A stretch of DNA of 64,000 nucleotides from Thermodesulfobacteriota bacterium (GCA_051745395.1 JBNJEA010000001.1:2201-66200); one strand, 5' to 3'. Shown: positions 19,328 through 27,778, numbered from the stretch's first letter. Notes: generated from the letters alone by a model not told the origin. Numbers and translations are program-made.

Positions 19328-19819
19328 ATGACGAAAACCACCCCCAAACTTGCCTTGCTTTGCGCTTTGCTGCTGTTTGCTGCCTGTGAAAGTATATCAC
19401 CGTTTTTTGCCAGCCCCGAAGTCCGTTTCGAAGACATGGAACAGGCAAAGGGTTCCATGCTGGAAAGCACCCTGCACTTTAGCTTCCGGATCCACAACCC
19501 CAACCCCCTGGCCGCCAAACTTGTCCGCGTCTTTTATACACTGACCGTGGCCGATCAATCGGTGGCCCGGGGTCGGATAAAATTAAACCACCGCATACCA
19601 CCGGCCGGCACCCGGACCGTGGTGGTGCCGGTGGCCCTTCATTTCAGGGATTTCATCGCCGCCGCCCCCGGGTTTATCCACCGGGATACCATCCCCTATC
19701 GCATAACCGGAAGTTTTGAAATCATGGGCTTTAACCGGCCCTTTGCAACCAGCGGCGAGATTCAAAATAGCCGACACCGCCTTTTCAGAGGCCCGTCCCA
19801 ATTGTATTGTGACCATTGA
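19328..19819 (+). CDS. Lipoprotein, possibly LEA_2 (water-stress/NDR1-HIN1-like) domain
   Basis: Track ORF trimmed to ATG 19328: MTKTTPKLALLCALLLFAAC is a signal peptide ending in a lipobox Cys. The rest is beta-rich (HFSFRIHNPNPL...VVVPVALHF). The family call is tentative. Confidence 0.55.
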   Translation: MTKTTPKLALLCALLLFAACESISPFFASPEVRFEDMEQAKGSMLESTLHFSFRIHNPNPLAAKLVRVFYTLTVADQSVARGRIKLNHRIPPAGTRTVVVPVALHFRDFIAAAPGFIHRDTIPYRITGSFEIMGFNRPFATSGEIQNSRHRLFRGPSQLYCDH

Positions 19820-20276
19820 CACCCAAAGCAAAACCCCCGCCGCCTTCCTTCTAAGGAACTCAAGGTTCAAGGTCTGGGGTTTACGGTATAAGGTAAAAAA
19901 ATTCAAAGCCTTAACAAATGAACCCGGCTTAAGAGTTCCTTATAGGCTCAGTTTCCCGGGTCAAACCCGGGAGGGAATTACTTCCAAACACCGAAAAAGA
20001 TACACAAAAAGATACAGTTTCATTGTATCTGCGGCAAACCGGCAAATCGTTCCCATTACAGGGCAAATATAGCTCTTTTTCTTTTTTTTCAGAAACGTAA
20101 CGACCTACCTCTCTGCAAAGTCTTTCATACCAAGCGTTTCGCGATTTCGAACGATCACATTTTTATACTACCGTATATGATAGTATACAGTTTGCATGGT
20201 GCCGGGCTGGATTTTTTAACGAGTCGTCGATTAATTTTTTCTGTTCTCGCGTAAAGCCCCCAAGAGCGCCAAGCAT

Positions 20277-20368
20277 GGCTTGAAAACTTTGCGGCTTTGC
20301 TTCTTGGCGCGAAAATTTGCCGTTACTGGAATAAATCGGATAACCGGGAAACGAATTTGCGGTTTTTG
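20277..20368. repeat. Dispersed intergenic repeat, copy A (partner at 27688-27778)
   Basis: Hand alignment: TTGAAAACTTTGCGGCTTTGCTTCTTGGCGCGAAAAT..GTTACTGGAATAAATCGGATAACC here, against TTGAAACTTTGCGGCCTTGCGGCTTGGCGCGAAAAT..GTTACCGGAGTAAATCCGGATCACC in the partner. Confidence 0.6.
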
Positions 20369-20480
20369 GAAAGGCAATCGGTTTCTTTAGTTGACCTGAT
20401 AACTTCAATAATCAGAAATATCAAAATATTATAACATACAAACCGTTTTTTGTTCTTTTTTCAATCTATAGAATCTTCAT

Positions 20481-20496
20481 TGGCATCGGCTTTGCA
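20481..20496 (+). promoter_or_regulatory. Candidate sigma-54 (-24/-12) promoter
   Basis: TGGCAT-CGGCT-TTGCA against the consensus TGGCAC-N5-TTGCW, with correct GG/GC spacing. No credible ORF lies downstream for about 700 nt. Confidence 0.35.
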
Positions 20497-20748
20497 TTAA
20501 ATATAACCGTTATTGCAATTCAATGGGGCCAACGGTCCTTTACGGAAACCTTTTGAACGCAAAAAAAAAGGAGGCAGTAACGAAACACAAAAAATGATTC
20601 AATTTTTTGGGCACCAATTTCGGAATTCATGCAGATTTTTTTTGATTCCTGCCTTTTTATGGTGATCGATGCCCTGATCGATCCACCGCATGTCCTTTCC
20701 GGTTGGTGTGATTGTACCCGCTTAAATCCCCCCTTACCCCTCCCCTCT

Positions 20749-20784
20749 CATATTCCCCGATCCGATTTCGGATCGGGGAATATG
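20749..20784. repeat. 36-nt perfect palindrome
   Basis: CATATTCCCCGATCCGA-TT-TCGGATCGGGGAATATG. No T-run follows, so it is not a canonical terminator. Confidence 0.7.
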
Positions 20785-20971
20785 GGCCGCCCTGCTTGCC
20801 AGCAAACCCCGCAGCCAACAAAAAGACACACCCGATTCGGACCTAAACCGCAACGCAGCGTTGTTTTCGGAAACGGTATCATATCCGGTTGAGCGTTTCA
20901 GCTTTTTTAAAAATCAGACGGAAAAACCGCTACGTACGGCAAATGCGGAAAAAAATAAGCTGCCGGATTTT

Positions 20972-21015
20972 TGACCAAATGACAGACTTTTGACACCCGG
21001 GACAAATATTTGACA
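20972..21015. promoter_or_regulatory. Phased direct repeats TGACC/TGACA/TGACA/GGACA/TGACA (TGTCA on the other strand)
   Basis: The GAC cores are at 20973, 20981, 20992, 21001 and 21012 (spacing 8-11 bp). No matching -10 hexamers sit 17 nt downstream, so they look like binding sites rather than -35 boxes. Confidence 0.3.
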
Positions 21016-21188
21016 TCTTCTGCCCCCGATCCGGTCCTTTCCGGCCGAATAACCGATTGAGAATAAACATTGCTTTTTCGGGAGACGTTATTTATTTTTA
21101 GGATGGATTTTCACAAAAACTCGACTTTTCGGCACATGCAGGCTTTTCATAACTTCCGTTTTAACCATTATATATCCGAGCGGGGCCC

Positions 21189-21794
21189 ATGAAAGACGAA
21201 CCCACAGTCATCAACCAATTCGAGTGCCGATTGATATCAAACCAGGCCAGGGGCGCGCCCGTCATTTTTCTGCACGGCTACATGTTTACCAGCGATATAT
21301 GGAATGAAATCGGGTTGCTCCGTGAACTCGAAACCCGCCGAATTCCTTTTACAGCCGTTGATATGCCCTATGGCAAACTCAGTGAATGCCAACCCAAATC
21401 CAATAACCCGGATGAAAATGTGGCCATCGTCGCCGCCATTGCCGACAGCCGGCCGCCGGTGATCGTCGGCGCCAGCCTGGGCGGCTATATCGCCCTGAAA
21501 TACAGTGTCAGCCACCCTGTTGCAGGCCTGCTCCTGGTTGCCCCGGTCATGAGCCTTCAAGAAGATCTGACCCGTCACTATCCCGATATGGATGCAAAGG
21601 TCCGCATTGTCTACGGGGATGGCGACAACATCGTATCCAGAAAAGAGATGAACCGGTTGTCCCGATTATTTAAAACCGAGCTTTGCGTCTTTGAAGCCGC
21701 CGGACATCCGGCTTACATGGATGATCCGGACCGATTCGGCAAAGAGGTGGTGGATCTGTATACCGCCGCCACCGCTACTGAATCCCTTTTTTGA
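21189..21794 (+). CDS. Alpha/beta hydrolase
   Basis: 201 aa. Nucleophile elbow GASLGG, acid GDGDNIV and His AAGHPAYMD. The 3' end overlaps the convergent PBP gene by 20 nt. Confidence 0.7.
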   Translation: MKDEPTVINQFECRLISNQARGAPVIFLHGYMFTSDIWNEIGLLRELETRRIPFTAVDMPYGKLSECQPKSNNPDENVAIVAAIADSRPPVIVGASLGGYIALKYSVSHPVAGLLLVAPVMSLQEDLTRHYPDMDAKVRIVYGDGDNIVSRKEMNRLSRLFKTELCVFEAAGHPAYMDDPDRFGKEVVDLYTAATATESLF

Positions 21795-24138
21795 AAAATT
21801 CGTCGGTTTCCGTGATTTCATCGGGCCGCTGGGTGTGCTCGCGGGGCACTGTTCCTTCCTTGAAGCATTCGTATATCACTTTTTGGGATGCATTGCTGGG
21901 CCGCAGCCCGGTTTTGGCATCAATCTTGGCAAACACTACGTTATCGGGCACCGGAAAGACACGCTCCGGCTTGCCCTCCAAAACCGTCTGCATATAATCC
22001 AGCCAGATGGGGCTGGCCGCCCGGGAGCCGGTTTCCTTCTCACCCATTGACCGCTCCTGGTCAAAGCCCACCCATACCCCGGTGACATAGCGCGGCGTGT
22101 AGCCCATAAACCAGGCATCATTTAGGTTATTGGTCGTGCCCGTCTTGCCGGCCACCGGTCGATTCAATGCCTTGATCCGCCGGCCGGTACCATGCTCGAC
22201 GACTTCTTCGAGCAAATGGGTGATGATATAGGCGGTGCTTTTGTCGATGACGCGCTCCGGTCCGGGATCGCTTTCATAGATCACTTTTCCGTTTCTGTTT
22301 TCAATCCGATCGATAAACACCGGGGCGATGTATTGCCCCCGATTGGCAAACACCGAATAGGCGCGGACCAGTTCCAACAGCGACATGCCCGACGAGCCCA
22401 GCGCCAGGGAAAGATTGCGGTCCAGGTGGCTCGTAATGCCCAGATCGCGGGAATAGTCGATGATATAGTCAATGCCGATGTCGCGCAGGATCTTGACAGT
22501 GATCACGTTTCTTGAGTGGATCAGCCCGTCGCGAAACAGGGTAAATCCATGAAAGGTTTTATCGTAATTCTTGGGCTTCCAGGTAAAATCCTCCTTGGTG
22601 TCCTCAAATACAATGGGGGTGTCGGCAATTACGGTGGCCGGGGTATATCCCTTGTCCAGGGCCGCTGCATAGATGATGGGTTTAAAGGCAGATCCCGGCT
22701 GCCGGCGGGATCGGACGGCGCGGTTGAACTGGCTTTGGGCAAAATCGCGGCCCCCGACCATGGATTTGACGTGACCGTTGTCCGTGGACACGGACATCAG
22801 CGCCGATTGGACTTTCGGCGTCTGTTCCAGAAAAAGCCGCCACCGGTTTTGCTCGGACTGCCATTTTTCCAGCCGCACCCGGATGACATCGCCGACATCC
22901 AAGACCTCGCCGGGGCTTTCGGCCACAACCCGGCTTTCGGCCACTTCCGGGGCCGGCTGAAGGGCCCAGCGCATGTCTTTTAACGCAATGGTGCCCACCG
23001 CCTTTCCGATGCGCACATCGACCCGGTCGGCCCCGTCGTTGACAGCAATGACGACCCCCTTGGTGATTAGATCTTTGTGCAGGCCTTTTTTATCGATTTT
23101 TTCCTGAAGCCCGCGGCAATAATTTTCAATTTCCTCTTTTTCCAGGTGCCGGATCGGCCCCCGGTATCCCCGGCGCTTGTCCAGTTCGCGCAACCCCGTT
23201 TCAACGGCGTTGCGCGCGGTCTCCTGCATTTCGATATTGACGCAGGTATAGACCTTCAAACCGCCTTTATAAAGTTTTTCCCGCCCGTATTTTTCCTCTA
23301 TCATCTGCCGGACATGTTCGGCGTAATAGGGCACGTTGTCCATAAACCAGTTCGGCCGGCTTTTGACGGCCACGTTGGTGGAAATGGCCTCCGATGCCTG
23401 GGCGTTGGTGATAAAGCCTTCGGCCACCATGCGGTTTAAGACATAAATCTGCCGATCCTTGGCGCGCTGGAGATGGCGATGGGGCGAATACCGGCTCGGG
23501 GCCTGGGGCAGGCCGGCAAGCATGGCGCATTCGGCCAGGTTGAGCTCCTTGGCCGTTTTGCCGAAATAATTCTGGGCGGCAGCTTCGACGCCGTAGGCGC
23601 CGTGGCCCAGATAAATCTGGTTCAAATACAGGTACAGGATTTCATTTTTTAAAAAATACTTGTCGATTCGGTAGGCCAGTATGGCTTCCTTGAGTTTGCG
23701 GGTATAGCTGCGCTTCGAAGTCAGAAAGAAGGACTTGGCCACCTGCTGGGTAATGGTGCTGCCGCCCTGGACAATGGTGCCGGCCTCTATGTTTTTCGAA
23801 AAGGCCCGGACAATGCTGTAAAAATCGATTCCCTCGTGTTGATAAAACCGGGCATCTTCGGCGGCCACAAACGCTTTTACCAACTGGTCGGGCATTTCCG
23901 ACATGGGGATGACAATCCGGCGTTTCTTGTAAAACTCGGCAATTTTGCGGCCGTCGTCCGAAAAGAAACTGGTGACCACCGGCGGCTGATAATCCGCCAG
24001 GGAAGTGATTTGGGGCAAATCCCGGCTGAAATAAAAATACACGGCGCCAATGGTGACACCGCCGATGATCAACCCCGCCAGCACCAGCCGCAATATCCAT
24101 TTTAAAACTGCCAAAAGCCATCGCTTCATCGCATCCAC
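21775..24138 (-). CDS. mrcA: Penicillin-binding protein 1A (bifunctional glycosyltransferase/transpeptidase)
   Basis: 787 aa. N-terminal TM anchor, GT51 motifs EDARFYQHEGID, GGSTITQQ and RKLKE, and transpeptidase motifs GSAFKP (SxxK), SRN and GKTGTT. Confidence 0.9.
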   Translation of the reverse strand: MDAMKRWLLAVLKWILRLVLAGLIIGGVTIGAVYFYFSRDLPQITSLADYQPPVVTSFFSDDGRKIAEFYKKRRIVIPMSEMPDQLVKAFVAAEDARFYQHEGIDFYSIVRAFSKNIEAGTIVQGGSTITQQVAKSFFLTSKRSYTRKLKEAILAYRIDKYFLKNEILYLYLNQIYLGHGAYGVEAAAQNYFGKTAKELNLAECAMLAGLPQAPSRYSPHRHLQRAKDRQIYVLNRMVAEGFITNAQASEAISTNVAVKSRPNWFMDNVPYYAEHVRQMIEEKYGREKLYKGGLKVYTCVNIEMQETARNAVETGLRELDKRRGYRGPIRHLEKEEIENYCRGLQEKIDKKGLHKDLITKGVVIAVNDGADRVDVRIGKAVGTIALKDMRWALQPAPEVAESRVVAESPGEVLDVGDVIRVRLEKWQSEQNRWRLFLEQTPKVQSALMSVSTDNGHVKSMVGGRDFAQSQFNRAVRSRRQPGSAFKPIIYAAALDKGYTPATVIADTPIVFEDTKEDFTWKPKNYDKTFHGFTLFRDGLIHSRNVITVKILRDIGIDYIIDYSRDLGITSHLDRNLSLALGSSGMSLLELVRAYSVFANRGQYIAPVFIDRIENRNGKVIYESDPGPERVIDKSTAYIITHLLEEVVEHGTGRRIKALNRPVAGKTGTTNNLNDAWFMGYTPRYVTGVWVGFDQERSMGEKETGSRAASPIWLDYMQTVLEGKPERVFPVPDNVVFAKIDAKTGLRPSNASQKVIYECFKEGTVPREHTQRPDEITETDEFFKKGIQ

Positions 24139-24556
24139 TATCCTTTCAATTGAGTCTTTTTCCGCATCAAGGAGTTATCATATATGCATTATAAAGGCAA
24201 GTCACCGGATCGGCAGACAAACCATTGTAAAAAATAAAAATTGACATTATCTTTTCAAGTAAGATAAGGAAAATGACAATCATAGGCCGAAGCCTATTTT
24301 TCATTGCGTAAAACATCACAAATTCGACAATTTCATCTGAAACCGGCAGAATAAACCACGAAGGCAACGTATCATGAAGGTACGCATTACCAGTGGTTTT
24401 TTTTTGTTTAAAAACCGGAGGCCAACAGAACCGAGGATTTGACCGCTCCACTCGGAAAAAAGAACGGATTTGGAACCCGGACCGATGTTGCCGGTCAAAT
24501 TTCACCCCTGGCAAAACAAATCAATTCATCCGGTTTAATAGGGCAGGAAACATAGC

Positions 24557-25156
24557 ATGCATATCAGCGAAGGCATCCTTTCATGGCCGGTTCTGGCCGC
24601 CGGAGCGGCCGCCGCCGGGGCGGGCACCGTAGTGGGACTAAAACGACTCAACCACGAAGATATCCCCAAAACCGGTATCATGTCGGCCGCTTTTTTCGTG
24701 GCCTCCCTTATCCATGTGCCGCTCGGGCCCTCAAACGTTCATTTAATCCTAAACGGCCTTGTGGGGCTGCTGCTGGGCTGGGCCGCATTTCCGGCCATTT
24801 TGGTCGCTTTGCTGCTCCAGGCGATTTTTTTCCAATACGGCGGCATCACCACCCTGGGTGTTAACACCCTACTCATGGCCCTGCCGGCCGTGCTGTGCTA
24901 TTATTTGTTTCATCCGTTAATGAAGAAAAAACCGGGGATTTACCTGGCAGCCGGTTTTGCCTGCGGGGTTTTGGCCGTGTTTTCAAGCGGCCTGATCCTG
25001 GGGGCGGTTTTACTTCTCACAGGTCAGCATTTTATGGAAGTCTCAGTACTTGTGGTATCAATACACATTCCCGTTATGATCGTGGAAGGTATTGTGACCC
25101 TGTTCTGTGTTGGCTTTTTAAAAAAAGTACAACCCGTATTGCTGGAAAATAATTAA
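24557..25156 (+). CDS. cbiM: ECF transporter substrate-capture component CbiM/NikM (cobalt or nickel)
   Basis: 199 aa, polytopic. The N-terminus MHISEGIL matches the metal-ligating Met-His N-terminus of CbiM/NikM. Confidence 0.85.
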   Translation: MHISEGILSWPVLAAGAAAAGAGTVVGLKRLNHEDIPKTGIMSAAFFVASLIHVPLGPSNVHLILNGLVGLLLGWAAFPAILVALLLQAIFFQYGGITTLGVNTLLMALPAVLCYYLFHPLMKKKPGIYLAAGFACGVLAVFSSGLILGAVLLLTGQHFMEVSVLVVSIHIPVMIVEGIVTLFCVGFLKKVQPVLLENN

Positions 25157-25157
25157 T

Positions 25158-25268
25158 ATGAAAAATCGATATTTATCCGTATTCGCAACACCGTTGATGG
25201 TATTGGCTATATCATCGGCCTTTTCGGCATTGCCGCCTGTGTGGCATCGAGAAGGAAAGAAACCATGA
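25158..25268 (+). CDS. 36-aa single-TM micro-protein in the position normally held by cbiN
   Basis: Below the track's size cutoff. The ATG is 1 nt after the cbiM stop and the TGA overlaps the cbiQ ATG (ATGA). Sequence MKNRYLSVFATPLMVLAISSAFSALPPVWHREGKKP. Coding status is inferred only from the tight coupling. Confidence 0.35.
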   Translation: MKNRYLSVFATPLMVLAISSAFSALPPVWHREGKKP

Positions 25269-26026
25269 TCGAAGAACCCTTTGCCCACGGCAACTCGATC
25301 CTCCACCGTCTCGACCCCCGGGTCAAAATCGTCACCGCCGTGGTCTATTCCGTCGTGGTGGCCGTGGTCTACCAGTTCCCCGCCCTGGCGGCCGCGTTTG
25401 TCATTTCAACGCTTCTGCTCCGTATGGCCGGGCTGAACCTGAAAACCGTTGTCAAACGGCTGGCCCTGGTCAACGGGTTTGTGCTGATGTTCTGGTTGAT
25501 TTTACCGTTGACCGCCAACGGGCAAATCCTCTATCAATGGGGACCGATGGCCATCTATCAGCCCGGAGTGATTATCGCCGCCCAGATTACCTTAAAATCC
25601 AATGCCATCTTAATGGCCCTGATCGCGCTGGTGGCCACCATGCGTTTCGCCACGCTCGGCCATGCCTTGAATCGCCTGCGCTTGCCGGAAAAATTTGTTT
25701 TTTTATTCATGTTGACCTATCGCTATATTTTTGTCATTGAAGCCGAATACAAACGCATCTGGCGCGCGGTGAAAATCCGGGGGTTTTACCCGAAAACCTC
25801 CATCCACTGCTATAAAACCTATGCCTATATGATCGGCATGCTCTTTATCCGGGCCGCCAACCGGGCGGAACGGGTATACCGGGCCATGCGGTGCCGGGGG
25901 TTTACGGGCCGCTTCTACAGCCTGGCCGAATTTCGCCCCTCGGCCGGCAGTTGGATCTTTTCGACCTTTATGGCTTTCATTTCCGCCGGCCTTATCTTTC
26001 TGGAGTGGTTTTCCCATGGTTTATGA
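25265..26026 (+). CDS. cbiQ: ECF transporter transmembrane (T) component CbiQ
   Basis: Polytopic 253 aa. I use ATG 25265 (GAAGGAAAG upstream) rather than the track's GTG 25241. Overlaps cbiO by 11 nt. Confidence 0.8.
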   Translation: MIEEPFAHGNSILHRLDPRVKIVTAVVYSVVVAVVYQFPALAAAFVISTLLLRMAGLNLKTVVKRLALVNGFVLMFWLILPLTANGQILYQWGPMAIYQPGVIIAAQITLKSNAILMALIALVATMRFATLGHALNRLRLPEKFVFLFMLTYRYIFVIEAEYKRIWRAVKIRGFYPKTSIHCYKTYAYMIGMLFIRAANRAERVYRAMRCRGFTGRFYSLAEFRPSAGSWIFSTFMAFISAGLIFLEWFSHGL

Positions 26027-26753
26027 TCCACCTCAATCTCCTGTCATTTCCCTGCGGGGTATCCATTTTAGCTATCCGGGACGACAGGCGGTATTTTCCA
26101 ACCTGGATTTCGATTTTTACCCCGGCGACCGGGTCGGTTTGCTTGCCCCAAACGGCAGCGGCAAAACCACCCTGTTTCATTTGATCATGGGCCTGCTTGC
26201 ACCGGATGCCGGCCGCATTGAAATCTTTTCCAAACCCGTGGTCACGGAAAAAGACTTTGTCGGCGTGCGCCGGCGGATCGGGCTGCTGTTCCAGGATGCC
26301 GACGATCAACTCTTTTCCCCCACCGTGATCGAGGATGTGGCCTTCGGGCCCTTAAACATGGGAAAATCCAAGCAGGACGCCATTGACATCTCCCGGCGCA
26401 CCTTGTCTTTTCTGGGCTTGTCCGACTTTGAGGACCGCATCACCTTTAAACTTTCCGGCGGGGAAAAACGCCTCGTTTCCCTGGCCACCGTGCTTGCCAT
26501 GAACCCGGAGGTTTTGCTTCTCGATGAACCAATGAACGGCTTAGACGCCGATACCCGGTTAAAACTCAAAGAGGTATTGGACACCATCGATATTTCCTAC
26601 ATGGTCATCTCCCATGACATCGATTTTTTAATCGAGGCCACCGGTACCATCTATACGCTCACAGACGGTCGGATCATGAAAGATGAGAAGGATTACGTCC
26701 ACCGCCACGATCACGCCCACTTGTTCGGGCATGTGCCGCATCAGCATAAATGA
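26016..26753 (+). CDS. cbiO: ECF transporter ATPase CbiO with a His-rich C-terminal tail
   Basis: Walker A LAPNGSGKTT, signature LSGGEKR, Walker B LLLDEP. The tail is HRHDHAHLFGHVPHQHK. Confidence 0.85.
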   Translation: MVYDPPQSPVISLRGIHFSYPGRQAVFSNLDFDFYPGDRVGLLAPNGSGKTTLFHLIMGLLAPDAGRIEIFSKPVVTEKDFVGVRRRIGLLFQDADDQLFSPTVIEDVAFGPLNMGKSKQDAIDISRRTLSFLGLSDFEDRITFKLSGGEKRLVSLATVLAMNPEVLLLDEPMNGLDADTRLKLKEVLDTIDISYMVISHDIDFLIEATGTIYTLTDGRIMKDEKDYVHRHDHAHLFGHVPHQHK

Positions 26754-26963
26754 TGGCAAAATAAAAAGTCCAATATCTGCGTTGCCATCTGAAACCGACT
26801 TTTTACGAGACCATCACAAACAGTGCCCGGACAAGTGTGGGCGTTTAATAGACATTTTCTTATTCGGGTTTGAAATCCGGCATAAAATACGTATATTATA
26901 ATTAAAACAGATAATTATTTTAAACAGAAATATCCAGCAGACAAGGAGATACGGAGGAGAAAG

Positions 26964-27647
26964 ATGGCAGTCGAAGCATCCGACAAGCCGGACACCCCGT
27001 TGACCCGGGTTTTTGATCAGCTCGCTGACGGCATTGACACCGCCGACGGCCGGATTTTTGCAGATTCCATCCAGCGGGGCCGCTTCCAGGAAGAACGCAA
27101 CATGACCCTGTATTTTCAAATCGGCGACAGAAAATGCCGCCTGATGCAGGCCACCATTTTTTTCGGCCGTTCTGCCATATTTAAACCATGGGCGGAATTA
27201 TACAATATCGAAAACCGGTTGCTTATCGACAATAAGACCTTTATTTTCCCCGATTCCGACCTGGAATATGGGGTTATTGAACTGCTGCTGCCGGTCATCG
27301 CACCGGGCGGTAAAATATTTGTGGAATACGAAAACGATCCGGAAACCCGAAAGGCCCTGGAAATCGGTGTTCCCGCCGCAGCTTCGCGCATGGGCTATAT
27401 TTTGTTTCAAAACGGGGCCACATGGTTTAAAGACTGGTATTTTTCCGAAGGCTACATGGAAGGCGGCAGAAAACTCCAGGGGGAAAAGGCCATCAAACCG
27501 CAAGTAAAAAACCGCCACATGGAAAACATCGTGCACCAGTTACAAAATTTCCTGCAAACCCGCCCCGAATCACAACGCGAAAGCGAGGCGATAAACCGGG
27601 CCATCAAGCGGGCAAAAACCGTACTGGACTCACTCGGTGGCACCTAA
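26964..27647 (+). CDS. Hypothetical protein, 227 aa
   Basis: Strong Shine-Dalgarno (GGAGGAG 5 nt before the ATG) and ordinary globular composition. I do not recognise a family. Confidence 0.6.
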   Translation: MAVEASDKPDTPLTRVFDQLADGIDTADGRIFADSIQRGRFQEERNMTLYFQIGDRKCRLMQATIFFGRSAIFKPWAELYNIENRLLIDNKTFIFPDSDLEYGVIELLLPVIAPGGKIFVEYENDPETRKALEIGVPAAASRMGYILFQNGATWFKDWYFSEGYMEGGRKLQGEKAIKPQVKNRHMENIVHQLQNFLQTRPESQRESEAINRAIKRAKTVLDSLGGT

Positions 27648-27687
27648 ATTTAGATGGCGTATAACCGGTAAAAAATGCCGCGAGGGA

Positions 27688-27778
27688 GGCCTTTGAAACT
27701 TTGCGGCCTTGCGGCTTGGCGCGAAAATGCAATTGCGGTTACCGGAGTAAATCCGGATCACCAAATTTCGCTTTTGCC
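27688..27778. repeat. Dispersed intergenic repeat, copy B (partner at 20277-20368)
   Basis: See copy A. Lies in the convergent gap between the 227-aa and 99-aa genes and contains the hairpin GGTTACCGGA-GTAAA-TCCGGATCACC. Confidence 0.6.

Noticed and set aside
19921-19931. AACCCGGCTTA, which resembles the 3' conserved motif of RNase P RNA.
   Set aside because: The partner motif (GAGGAAAGTCCGGGC) and the rest of the P4/P1 architecture are absent from the surrounding sequence. It is a short chance match.
20163-20892. Track ORFs 20163-20408 (-) and 20629-20892 (+) as possible genes in the non-coding island.
   Set aside because: Neither has a ribosome-binding site. Their compositions are implausible (for example PLPLPSHIPRSDFGSGNMGRPACQQTPQPTKRHTRFGPKPQRS). 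One is built on the dispersed repeat and the other on the 36-nt palindrome.
24139-24556. Cobalamin or NiCo riboswitch upstream of cbiM.
   Set aside because: I could not find the conserved B12-box-type core (GCCACTG / AGYCMGGAGACCKGCC-like) or the NiCo four-way-junction signature by eye. The leader is kept only as an unclassified structured region pending a covariance-model scan.
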